Part shown: positions 11,927-23,750 of the stretch, piece by piece
Layout of the letters: each line of letters starts with the position of its first letter
How positions within the stretch are numbered: position 1 is the stretch's first letter
The notes under the pieces: generated by a model
Databases searched by the model: none
Seen by the model: only the letters and a program-made list of their open reading frames with translations
What the model was told of the DNA's origin: nothing
Assembly (NCBI GenBank): GCA_013265495.1
Contig: MU058781.1
Span: 8,227,009 to 8,291,008 of the forward strand
DNA from: Vicugna vicugna
Taxonomy: Eukaryota
DNA length: 64,000 nt
Direction of reading: 5' to 3'
Translations under genes and position numbers: made by a program

Positions 11927-14236
11927 CTGCGCTCCAAGGAAGTCGCCAGGGAAGGGGTGGGGGTGGGTTAGAAAAGAAAAAAAACCTTTTACTCCACGCA
12001 TGCAGGCAGTATATACCTCAGGGACACAGGGGATAAAGGATACCAGCCATCTGACTTCTATTTTCAACTAAAAATACCATTATGGTTTTCTTATCATAGA
12101 AAAGGTACACGTTCACTGTAGAAAAAATTTTAAAGACCAACTAAGCAAAGTCAGATTTTTCTTAAACATCTCCCAACAAAAAGTACTGTTTAAAAACTTG
12201 GCACATATCCTTCCAAGTCTTTTTCCATTCATATATATCCATACTTATATTTTCAATAGCCTGTTTTTCTCATTTAGTAACATAGCAGGATTTTTTTTCC
12301 ATGTCAGTAAGTATTAAACTAAAGTTAAACAATTTTAATTAGAGAAAAGTTAGTCTCCTGCCCCCGCTACTGTAAGCACTTGTGACCATACACCCTTGTA
12401 GAAAAGTCTCTACACTGTTTCCCAATTATTCCTTTGAGTGACAGTAATAACTATGCTAATAAGAGCAGGTACCATTTTACTGAGTGCTCACTGTGTGCCA
12501 AGCCTCTGCTCAGGCTTTACAGGTATCCTCTCTCGATTCCCCCAAGTCTATCACGTAAGCATCATGATGTCCATCTTACAGACAAACAGAATTCTCTTGA
12601 GATGGAAAATGCTGGGTCAAAGAATACACTCATTTGTAGGTCTTCTGACACGTGGAACTAGATCTGGCTCCAGAAAGAGGCCTAATTTCCAGCACCAAGG
12701 GCAGCATTGAAACAATGACTCTTAGAGGTGGGACAGCCCCAAAGCACGAGGGCTTCCCAGGGCTGCCTGGGATGCTAAGGGCTCCTCCTGAGCTCTGAGT
12801 TCCTCAGACAGAGGCTAGAGGTCCGTCCCTGGGACGTACTGGGACGCACGTAAGAGATTTTATTAGGTAACTTCCTGGGCCTGACACACTTCATGACTGT
12901 TGGAGTTCATTCTCCTTTCAGGGAAAAAAAAAAAGGAAATACTGTACTATCACCCCTCTCCTCTCCATCCCCCCAACTCATTTGTGAAAAACATCTCCAG
13001 GTCACCCAAGAGAAGGGCTTTACATAAATCAATGCTTTTAAGGCCTGTCGAGATCAACTGAACTAAAGACATTTTTAAAATAATACTCTGAATATGTTTA
13101 CAAAATGCTGGCCTTTGTTTCTTAAGTTTATCCTCCTGGTTTTTAGTTTTATGATCCAAGGTGGTATATGAATGGGAGAAAAAACATCTTCACTGGTTTC
13201 AATGCACAAATACGTACACTATACGAAGTGTGCTAAGCAGACTGAATAGTCATCAGTTATCCATCTTGTTCACACATGTATTCCAACAAACCTCCATCTA
13301 ATGAAAATAAGAATTTCATGGGGGGGGGACTTTAGTTCACTGTGGTAGCTGCAGCACCTACTGGCACATAGTAGGGCTCCTGAAATAATAGGAGATGGAT
13401 TCAAGAATGAGTGCACAGTTATGCTGGAGCTCCCAAATCCACATCTAAAACACAGTCCAACAAAGTTCATTAAAAGCTCTTGGCCCCTGAATAAGGAAAG
13501 CCACAATCATTGTCAAATGTTGAAATGAAGTAAAATACAAGCGTTTGTATTTGACAGAATACGCAGAATTGTAATTACTCATACACACATTCATCTCATT
13601 CTCGGAGGACCGGCATCGTCTGTATTCTATTATTATCATTGCTCTACAGCCAGCAAATGTTAGGAACAGTCTAGGAACCACTGAAGGCTACCCGAAAAAG
13701 CTGGAGAACCAAATTTACAACATTCAACAAGGACTTTACACAAACTAATTTAACTGGATCAGACGTGCGAGGTTAGAGCAATCTCCAACAGGCCAGTTCC
13801 TGGGGCTGCAATTTTCCTGGCTGCTCAGAGTCTGAATTATTTCTAGGTGCAGGATAATGAAATGAGAAATTAGAGTGTAAACAAAATGAAGTCTTACATT
13901 AATTAACAATCATCGTCTCCTGTAATTAGTAGGCTGCGTTTACAGCCTTTAATGATTAAAAATGTTTTCATCTCTTAAGGTACTAAACATTGCTCCTAAA
14001 AGTCCTTTTGTGTTGCAAACACCCTCTGTAAGCAATACAAAAATAAAACCATTTTATGGCCAGAAGTTCCTGTATATTGAAGTATTTGCTTTCATGGGAA
14101 GACTTCTGTCGTATGATTTTTCAAAACATCGCTCCCGCTCCCACCCCAACCCCTACTCCTGCCGGGACCTAGAAGATGATACGCATCCAGGCATCCAGTT
14201 ACTAAGGAAAAGACATCACCACTAGAGGAAGCTTAC

Positions 14237-14369
14237 CGTCCTGGCTGCTAGTGTGACGAGGATTCCAGTTAAGAAGGTGAAATAGTATCCAGGATAGACA
14301 CCATGCCACAAGGCAGACAGGATGAAGGTGAGCACTGTGGGGTACCGGGGAACCCGCTCGTAGCACACT
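14237..14369 (-). CDS. MBOAT1: MBOAT1 coding exon 11 (133 bp), contains the catalytic His (SALWHG)
   Basis: (R)VCYERVPRYPTVLTFILSALWHGVYPGYYFTFLTGILVTLAART. Acceptor cacag|A, donor ACG|gtaagc. Confidence 0.97.
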
Positions 14370-15969
14370 CTGTGAAGGGAGGAAGGTACACTGAGCCACA
14401 GGCTGAACATACCAGAAACTTCCACCTGCACCTGCGTCTCTGTGGATCAGAGCATGCAAGCATCACCTGGTCCCCGACTGATAATCCAAGCAGCCTTGAA
14501 CTTACTAAACACTACCAGGTAGGCCGTTCACAGTTCAACCTTTTGGGGAGATGCATGAATTGTTAATCTCCTTAGAACTAAATGATCTGGACCCCATCAC
14601 ACAATATCTAATAAAAGGTCCCAACGAGAGCTCCTGCCTTATAGAAGCTTATTCCACCAATGGCCTGATCTACCAGGAATACCTATGGATAAGTGCGTGC
14701 CGCTGGCACTAAAAATTTTAGAATCAGGATAAGGGTCTTTAAAAGCAGATATCCACATTTAGTTGAAATTAATTTACTTCTCCAAGCTGGCCCCAATGCC
14801 ATCTAACTACTCAGCATTGCAACCTTTTTGTCTCTCTTGGCACTGACTCCAGCACAGAATCAGTGTGTCAGTTATATGACCCTTTCAGTTCTCATGGCAT
14901 CCACTGGATTCCAGTCCACGAATTTGCCTTGAAGAGTGAGGACATCGTGAGGATCTAGAAATGTCAGCAAAAACCCTGGAGATCGTCGGCTTCTTAGTTG
15001 TTTATTAAAGTGACAGGAGACTTCCTCCCAAATTCAGTTTATGAATTTCCAGCAGCCCTGTTAAGGAGCCACCACATGGCTTCCTCAATGAGAGGACCCA
15101 GGTGAAGGAGAAAATAGAAACCCCAACGGTTAACACTAACCCAGCCTGGACGGCTGTCAAAAGTAACCAAATTAGATCCAAACTAAGGATCCTGGCTCTC
15201 TCTTCATGGGAAAAAAAGTGAATTTGAGGGAGGAAACACAGGACGGGACCCCACTTGTAATGTTTCTTTTTGAAACAAGAGGTAGTTTGCATGGGCATTC
15301 TTTCTTACACTCTATCTTTTTGTCTGAATAAAATATTTCATTTTCTAGAATAATTAAAAAAATTTTTCTTCATCTTTTTATGTACACGCACGCTTGTTCA
15401 ATCATCAAAGAACATAAACTGCCAGTGGGGACTGTAGGACTCATACATTGGAATTACTCAGTGTACAGAAACAGAGGTTTAGGCAAAAACAATCTGCAAA
15501 ATTAACAGCAATGATATTAAGGGCAAGTTTTCAAAAACTGCATGTTCAGGTCACTTGCCTGAGTCGACTTTGTTGGGCTCATGATACCTCGTCTCTTCTT
15601 TTACCCCGATGTTTTAACCTACGAAAAGTGCTACTTCTCAGAAACAGTAGAATCTACAGCCTAGTATCTTTACACTCACCTGGCACTCATAGGATAGGAA
15701 TGCTTACTACCTAGAAACTGCTGCTTCAAGGATAGCATGTCATTAGTTCCAAATTAAGTATTGTTTTAAATTTCGGACTGTGTAGAAAAACAAGAAGAGA
15801 AATAGCAACAAAAATACCAAGTTGAAAAGCATGAACATTGTGGGCACCATAAAGCTTTCAATACTAGGGATTAACACAGCAACCTCCAGTGATCTGATGC
15901 TGACAATGACCCTCGTTGACATCTGAGCAAGAGACTCTCCTGTAGACAAGAGGCAGCACATCACAGAGG

Positions 15970-16170
15970 TGAAGAGCTTGGCTCTGGAGACAGACTGGGC
16001 TAGTATCGATCACTCGTTTGCTGTGTGACTTTGGGCAAGTTACATAACCTCTCTGTGCCTCACTTGCCTCATCTACAAAATGGGGATAGTAACTACCAAC
16101 ATCTCATGGGATTGATATGAGAATGAAATGGGTACCTGGTACACAATAATGGCAGTATTAAATGTTTGAT
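15970..16170 (+). mobile_element. MIR SINE (one example; similar MIRs near 2900-3060, 12440-12680, 20400-20600, 47660-47890, 49460-49690, 52440-52640, 60890-61050)
   Basis: MIR core gctgtgtgactttgggcaagttacataacctctctgtgcctcacttgcctcatctacaaaatggggata. Confidence 0.8.
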
Positions 16171-16369
16171 ACATTAACAGAAATATGCTACATTGTGACC
16201 TTCTCAATTCACTGTATTTCTGCTCTTTCATTTACACAGCATAGACGTTCATACCAAACAAAAGTGTCAGATGGCATTACTGCTGGCAGACAACCACTGT
16301 TTACCTAATGATGCCCATCCAAGCATACACCAGTGCCATGAGTAATGAGGTCATTGGTGTGTTTCTTAC

Positions 16370-16434
16370 CGCTTCAGCCAAGAAGCTGTCTGAATATTCC
16401 AGTTGTCTACATACATTTTGAAACTTGTGGCAGT
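16370..16434 (-). CDS. MBOAT1: MBOAT1 coding exon 10 (65 bp), contains the conserved MBOAT Asn (NWNIQT)
   Basis: TATSFKMYVDNWNIQTASWLK(R). Acceptor tttcag|ACT, donor CG|gtaag. Confidence 0.96.
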
Positions 16435-18706
16435 CTGAAAGGGAGAAAAATAGCACCTATCATTAGCTTTAAAAACACCCCGAGAAATGGAAAGTCCTCC
16501 TCAGAATTTCCCTCGTGGCAGATTAGATGGGCTCTTTCTATAGTGATGACTGAGTCAAGAGGAGACAGTAAAATTTCCCCGTGTTTCTAACATCTACTTT
16601 GCAACTAAAACTTGGCTTGCAAAGTCTCCATTTTTCTCAAATGCTATTTTCAAATTATAGGACAACTGAAGGAATGTTCTGTGTGTTTTCCTTCCATTCT
16701 GGTTCAACAAAAACTTTTCAGTCATCTGAATTTTTAAACTAAGTACTCTAAAATGGGATTTGCCACAGGAAGGGTTTAATCATGTGAATTTAGCGCCTTT
16801 ACGGAGACAGTCTGAATTTAACTGTCATCTTTGCACGGACGTGGCTGTCTGTAAACTAGGTCAGTTTTGTGAAGTTAGTCTACAAAACAGCTACAGAGGT
16901 TCAAAGGCTTCCAATTGCGTCTGGAATAGTAAGAGATTTTATGCATGAAGGAGTCACAAGACAGAAAAGAAAACAAAGAAATATTGCCCAACTGGCAAGG
17001 ACGCAGGTGATTCAACCACTGAGGAAGGGAGATCCCAAAATTAGCCATCAACGGGGTTTTCTCATTCAAAATAAAAAAAAGACTTATCAGAGGCTGAAGC
17101 AAACATCCAAGAACAGAATTCCTCATGAACGTGGTAGGAAGTGCAAATGCCACTTTTTTCTGTTTTCTGTTTCAACCGTAAGAAAACCTTAGGCTACACT
17201 TTGGCTTAATCTGTTACGTTTGGAAGGAAGAGAGGAAGGGAGGGAGAGAGAACAGACTGATGACAGATTTTTGTATTATGAGTTTTTAATTTCAAGACCC
17301 TAAGGAGTTCTATCCATCCATGTCTTCTACGGCTAATAAAATGCTATACACACAGCTTCGAGGTGCCTTAACTAAATCAGACTCCCTTGGTTTTCTTTAG
17401 CTCCCTGCTCTGTATCAACTTCGTTGGAGAAAGCAAACTTTCTTGTTCTGGTTTTCTTTGATAAGAAAGCCCTAACTCAGCCCTTTACCCAGAACACACG
17501 CCCACAGTGAGAGGACTCTGTCTTCCGGTGCACAGCCGACGGGCCAAGTGGGCAGCCCAAGGTCAAGGAGAACCACTCTGAAGGACCCTTGCCCACCGCA
17601 CCCCACAGCGGCCGGCTGTGCTCCACGAGTTTTGAGGGAGAGAATTTTAGTGGGAAAAAGGAGAATCATACTATGTTGCTCTCTCCCTGGCATCATCCAT
17701 ACAGGAAAAAAAGGAGCTTGTGCATTATCTACGCTGCTTTTCCAAAAATGAAAAAGGTTGCTCTGGGGGCTGGAACTTGTCCATTCAACATGAAGAGACG
17801 TCCCAGGCATCAAGAAGGTGGAGGGTGTGTCCCCCATGTCTCCTTGTGGCCTAGTTCCCACCTAATATGGGTGGCAGGTGGTCGTCCCCACATCCCGGGT
17901 TTTCTGCTCTGCATGCACAGTCCCCCTCTGCGCGGACTCCCCGCTGGCACTCTGCCTGCCCCGTGGTGGGTGGAGAACCATCACCAACAGCAACCATGCG
18001 TCACCTGGCTAGAGAACCCGCACTTCTGTAATGTGGAGAATCCTGTCCTTACTCCCACCCAGCTGCAAGGAGGAAGTGGTTCAAGACTTGGCATTCTTTT
18101 CAGCCCCAAGGGATGGCCACGCCAAGGAAACCAAGAAGGATGTAGCCCCAAAGAGACCACCTCTAGTGATGGAGCCTCGGAGAACGGTAGTGCCAAAGCA
18201 CAGCCAGCAAAAGAGAAAAGCCACACTGACTCTGGCAGCCTAAAAGTATGGTGACCATTCTTAAAAGCGAATGCATGCTAACTGTTTCCAAAGGAGCCAC
18301 AGAGAACACGTGTGATGGTGAACTGTAAATACAACTGCTAGTCTGTATCTTGACCGAGGAGAGCAGAAAGTGAGCAAGAGAAAATGGCATCTGTACTTTT
18401 CGAGTTGATAGAGTAAGAATGGAAGGAACAGAAAGATTTGCCTGGCTCTTTTTCAGATCTGTGTGTGTGTGTGTATCATTATGACTTGGACCATGAATAC
18501 TGCCAAGAAACTAGGTATCTTAAAAATAAAAAAAAAAAGAAGAAAAAGATCCTGAGATAAAAAGTGTCTGGGAGGCTGCTGGACCTGATACTCCCCGAGA
18601 GCAGCTTTTCCTGGGACCCTGATAATGAACTCTGGGTACCACACTCAAAGCAAACCATTTGCTTTGTTCACCATGACAGCCTGATTTAAAAGCATGATTA
18701 ACTCAC

Positions 18707-18810
18707 CTCAATCTTCCAGATGTTTAGGTTAGAAAGTAGATCCCAACAGAAATTTCCATTCTTATCCACTCCACTGAAGCCAAAGCCAGCTGCGTTATTC
18801 ACTGCATCAG
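18707..18810 (-). CDS. MBOAT1: MBOAT1 coding exon 9 (104 bp)
   Basis: (A)DAVNNAAGFGFSGVDKNGNFCWDLLSNLNIWKIE. Acceptor catag|CT, donor GAG|gtgagt. Confidence 0.97.
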
Positions 18811-21800
18811 CTATGGTTTTTAAAACAACACATTAGGATATAGAACAAAAGTCAAATGGCTGCTTTAAAGGACACTACATGTCTGTCTAGCTTTAAGATG
18901 ATGGCAGGCGGTTGTTTCCTTGGAAAAGAAACAAACAAACAAACAAAAAATGTGAAGGACCTGGTACCATGATGGAATGGAGTTCTGGCTCTTTGGAGAC
19001 CTCAACTTTTATTCCTTCACGAGCATCTAGTGAGCACCTGCTAAGTAAGAAGAAGGATGCCAGATGCTCACAGACTGCAAGATGAGAAAAAGAGCAATGA
19101 AGGAACAAAACAAAGAAATGGGACAATTTAGTGACCAACTTGACAGAAGAGGAAAGAGAAAGGTAAAAATACACAGAAGCTCAGAAGCAGAGACCAGAAG
19201 ATACAGGGGCCCCCATCCAAGAGCTGTCATTAAAGATGGCAGGACACAGGCTGACAGACAGCAGTTCATCAGGAGGAGAACCAGCTCTGAAAGAAAATGG
19301 AGCTCGTTCTGGACGTGTGAAGCATGACAAGCCACTAGGATTGCAGTGGAGGTGGTTAAGACACAGAACTTAGAACCCGGGAAAAAGAACAGAGCTAGAG
19401 ATGTGAATCTGGGACCAGCTGCCACAGAGGCCACGTGTGGACACAGTCACCAAAGCCATCCTACCTCAAAGTCAGTCTAAAAGCCTCACTTCCATCATTA
19501 TTTCATTTCCATAAACTCTAAGAAAGTGTCCCCCAGCCGTATTTCATTTCTAATCAATTCCTTAATGATTATATATATAATCAAAGAGGTCTGATGAAAT
19601 CAACATGCTTGCATTACGAGGCCAAGAGGCTAACTTTCTCTTTCCATTTGTCTTCTTTTCAGCTCATTCTGTTATTTTCTTAAAAAAAATAATTAATCAA
19701 ACTAATGAAGCCATAGCACTGTCAAGTCTTAGGTCTGGGGGAGATTTCAGAGAAAAGTTCCTTTCCTGTGGCTCCATGCATTCAGTTTTTATGGGCGTTC
19801 ATGTCCAACTCACGTCAGATTCCTGCAGGGCTACTCTGAAGAAAAGCCACCTGTTCTAAGTCTGGCTCCCTTACTCTTGGCAGAGTTGATGATTTCATCT
19901 TGCTTATCTAATGCTTGGCTTCACTGTAAAATGATCTGGTTTCTTTTAGAAGAAAGAAGGAAAAGTACTGAGTTCTGATACGTCTTTCTCCCAAGCTGAC
20001 TGAAAGGAAACTCAGTGGAAAAGTTGAACAAAGCCAGGATAGGATGTTTCTGTGAAGAAACTGACAGTTTTCAGTGTGTGGCCACAAATGGTGAATGACA
20101 GACATAAACTAAACCAGGAGAAGATGAGCTCTTGAGGTCTGTGCTGACAACTAAAACCAGGGCTGGACTGACCATGCGGGACCAGCAGATCAACCCCAGG
20201 ACCCCTTCCCCCATCTCCAGCCTCAGATCTGCCCCACGTGGTCAGATCTAAAAAAAAAAAAAAAAAAAAACAAAAAAACTTTTTATCTATCTTCCCAGGA
20301 ATCTACAAAGCATTGCACAGACATTTCTTATTCAATGCTCACAACGGTGTGAAGATGATGGGGAAGAGTGGGGGAGGGGCAGGGCTCCCGGGTCCCTAGC
20401 TCACTTGGGAACGGGGTCAGTTCACAGCCAAGGGAGAGTTGTCTAACTTCTAGAAACCTTTCCTCTTGAGCAGAAAATGGATATAATAACGGTACCTATT
20501 TTAAAAGGATGTTGAAAGGATTAAACCAAGTTGAGTACACGTAGCGTGCATAGCACAGGGACTGGCCCAGGGCAGCACTCGGAAAGGTTAGCTATTATTA
20601 TTATTGGTGGTGGTGGTGGTGGTGTTACCACGGCCCCAATCTTGCTCCTAAGAGGACTAAAGCTCAGTAGTGATGTTAACATGAAGATCACTCAGTGGGT
20701 CGACAACGCCGGAATCTGAAGACTAGCCCTCATTCCACAGCCGTCGGAGAGGGGGACGATGGAGAACCAGAAGCGGCAACTCTCAGAACCACCGCATCTG
20801 ACAACGTGAGAACTCCTGCCGTCCCTTCAGCACATCCTGCTACTGTGTATCCAAGACTGGGTTTTGCCTTTGCGATTCTTCTTCCAAAGCTGTCTTTGCT
20901 CGCATTCTGCATGGCTCTAAATATTACTGAAGATAAATTAACTTGGACACCCATATTTTAGAGTCTGTGATCTTGAGAACACAGCCTGACCACACTAATT
21001 AGTACTAATTAGTAGGAGAGAAACAATCAGCCTTATGCCTTAAGTCGAAAGAAAACAGCCATATTCTTTTTTTTTTAGGTTTTTTTTTGGGGGGGGTGGG
21101 AGTATATTCTTTCAATAGAAATAGAACCAGAACTAGGCTTACACAGTGCAGCTTCACTGAGATGCATCAGGAGGCCAGCTATAGGATTAAATTTATAATT
21201 ATGTATAATTAGTACATCAATTATAAGTAAATGGTGTTTTAAGGAGCTGGATAAAACAATTACTTGGTTAAGCAGCTTAAATATTCCCTGTTCCACTCTT
21301 CACCGCTTCTTTATTCATAAAGGATACAAAGGTTAATTTCGGGCCAGCCCATGCAATCTAAACTAAAACCAACTTCAAATTGAGGCCACGCAAATTAATG
21401 AACTGTTTCTATGGGAGCTACCCTAAACAATACAGAAATGGGAGGAGGCGGGCAAAGAAAAGACAAAGAGGTAAGTCCATGAGAGAGCTATCCACGGAAA
21501 GGGCCACTTCTGTACTCCAGATACCTGGGCTCATTCCCCAAGTAGCAGGGTGATGCCAGACACCCCCTCCTCACCCAGATCCCCGCCAGCACGACCCGCC
21601 TCGTGTTAGACTTTGCCTATGAGGCCGTGGAATGGCCTTTCTTTCCACCTTAAATCAGGAGCTGATTTAGTCCAGAAGCCAGCCCTTAAGCCCTGGGGTA
21701 CAGAATGTGGGAGCGGGAAGGGGAGCAGGGAGGGAAAAGGAGGCTGAGTGAAGAAGTAGAGGGCGGTGAAGGAGTGAGAGAGTCTCTGTTACACTTACAC

Positions 21801-22302
21801 ACACACACAGTTTAGAGCAAAGCAAAAATGCTACTTCACATAGAAAAACATGCCCGCTATTCCAAGTAGGGTTCCATTCAGAGCAGGTGTAATGCCTACC
21901 TACTAAGGAAATTAGTTTTAAATAATAGAGCATCTGCAGAAAAAGGAATCAGATACCAGGAGACTCCGGGAGTCCCCTCCCCCAGGGGCCAGTCCATGTA
22001 CATCCTCTCTGTGATCCTGCCACTGGGACAGCCCGGGACGCCTGTCGCCTGGTTGGTGGGCTCACCTGTGTTCCCACACAGGGGAACAATCTTGAGGACT
22101 GAGATGTCTCACCTCTGAGTTCTCCACAGCACAGAGCCTGGCAATCAAAACTCCCTGAATTAAACTGAATGTGACCAGAAACAAAATTTCCCACGTGGCG
22201 AATTTTAGAAAAGCTCTCAGTCTCTCTCTGATCAAGTGTTACACAAACACTGCCCTGGACTGAACTTACCTCTGAACATTTCAACCTTTAAAAATAATTT
22301 GG

Positions 22303-22409
22303 GTGGGTGCATGGGTACAGCTCAGTGGTGCAGTGCCTGCTTAGCATGCACGAGGTCCTGGGTTCAATCCCCAGTACCACCACTTAAAAAATAAAGAACT
22401 AAATAAGCC
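22303..22409 (+). mobile_element. tRNA-Ala-derived SINE (Vic-1-like)
   Basis: CAGCTCAGTGGTGCAGTGCCTGCTTAGCATGCACGAGGTCCTGGGTTCAATCCCCAGTACC plus A tail. Perfect TSD taaaaataatttgg at 22289-22302 and 22410-22423. Confidence 0.88.
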
Positions 22410-22429
22410 TAAAAATAATTTGGACCAGG

Positions 22430-22625
22430 AACAAGGGAGAAAGAGACATGGGGAGTCACGACTTTAATGGACAGTTTCTGTTTCAGGTGACAGAAAAAGT
22501 TCTTGAGATGGATGGCGGTGATGGTTACACAACACTGTGAATGAACTTAACGCCATTAAATTGTCCACTACAGACGGTTAAAATGGAAAATTTTATGTCA
22601 TGTATATTTTACCACAATAAAAAAG
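22430..22625 (+). mobile_element. Old L1 (L1MB-like) 3' terminus
   Basis: gagatggatggcggtgatggttacacaacactgtgaatg...aattttatgtcatgtatattttaccacaataaaaaa. Confidence 0.8.
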
Positions 22626-23557
22626 TAGCTGGTGAAAAAAATAATTTAGTAGCTTACAAACTTGATTTTAGGGCTAAAAACCTGGGAGCATGAAACGAGA
22701 GAAGAGGAAGTCAGTTAAGTGCCCTGCCCTCGCTGATGGAATATGGACTAGGCACTAGGAACCGGGTCCAATAATCTATTAGACTTAATGGACCAAGTCA
22801 CCGCTCTCTGACGTCAGGCCCCAGTCACTTTCAGCTAAGGTGTTAAACTTCCCTTCCCGAAAGGGCTCCCCATGTAAACAGATGCGCGGTCCCGCCTTAT
22901 CCAAATACTTTACCATTCTTGGTAAGTAAATAGGCGGGTTTACGGCTCACTTTAGCATAGATTGAAGCTTTCCCAGTCTAAAATTCTTTAAAAGGAAAGA
23001 GAGAAAAGTTTAATACTGACTAAAGTTACCTCACAGGAAAAAAACAGTGTGATAAAACCAAATTAAGTTCAACTTTCTACCTTCGGAAAAAACCACTTGG
23101 AAGCTGGCTTCTTTCTAAGGCATAAAGCTTAACCCACAATGTCTTAAAAAGTGTAACCTAAGGTAGCAATTAGCACACGTGATGGTAAAAGGAAGTCAGT
23201 GTGTATCTTGTCTTATGGACAACCCAGAAAAATAACAAGAAATCCAGATCAGTCTGGAGTTTTTCCCGAACCTGGCCCTGCACTCAATAGCCAAGTTTCA
23301 TTGGTAGAAGCCGCAGCTTCCAGGTTCTGACATCTGTTACTAACTTTGGGTTTAAACAGCAGCCAGGATTTCTTTTCTCCTGATCACGGATAATTGAGCG
23401 TATGGATGGCGGGATGGGGAGGGCTGTGCTGCCTTCCGTTAGGTACAGGACCTTTTTTTGTTTGTTTGTTTGATTAGGTGATCCACACGTGGCTCTAGCC
23501 AAGCCACCCGAGGAGGCCCCTCCCCTCACTCACGTAGCACCGCTCCGTGGAACTCAC

Positions 23558-23750
23558 CTAACGTCCAGGCAAAGTAATACTTGGGCTTCGAGGCTTGCAT
23601 GACGACGTACAGGTAGCAGAGCCGAGCCAGAAAGTTTGCTCTGTGAACAAACCAGTCGTCAGCCAGGCAGGTGGCAGGGAAGGTCTTTGTGAGGGTCAGA
23701 AACAACAGGAGAGACACCAAGGTCATGCACAGTTTGTGTATCACAGCTCC
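23558..23750 (-). CDS. MBOAT1: MBOAT1 coding exon 8 (193 bp)
   Basis: GAVIHKLCMTLVSLLLFLTLTKTFPATCLADDWFVHRANFLARLCYLYVVMQASKPKYYFAWTL(A). Acceptor tttcag|GGA, donor G|gtgagt. Confidence 0.97.

Noticed and set aside
17589..18254. 221-aa plus-strand ORF (likewise 8965..9558 and 36096..36734)
   Set aside because: No recognisable homology or splice context. 36096..36734 is merely antisense to exon 4 and runs into repeats.
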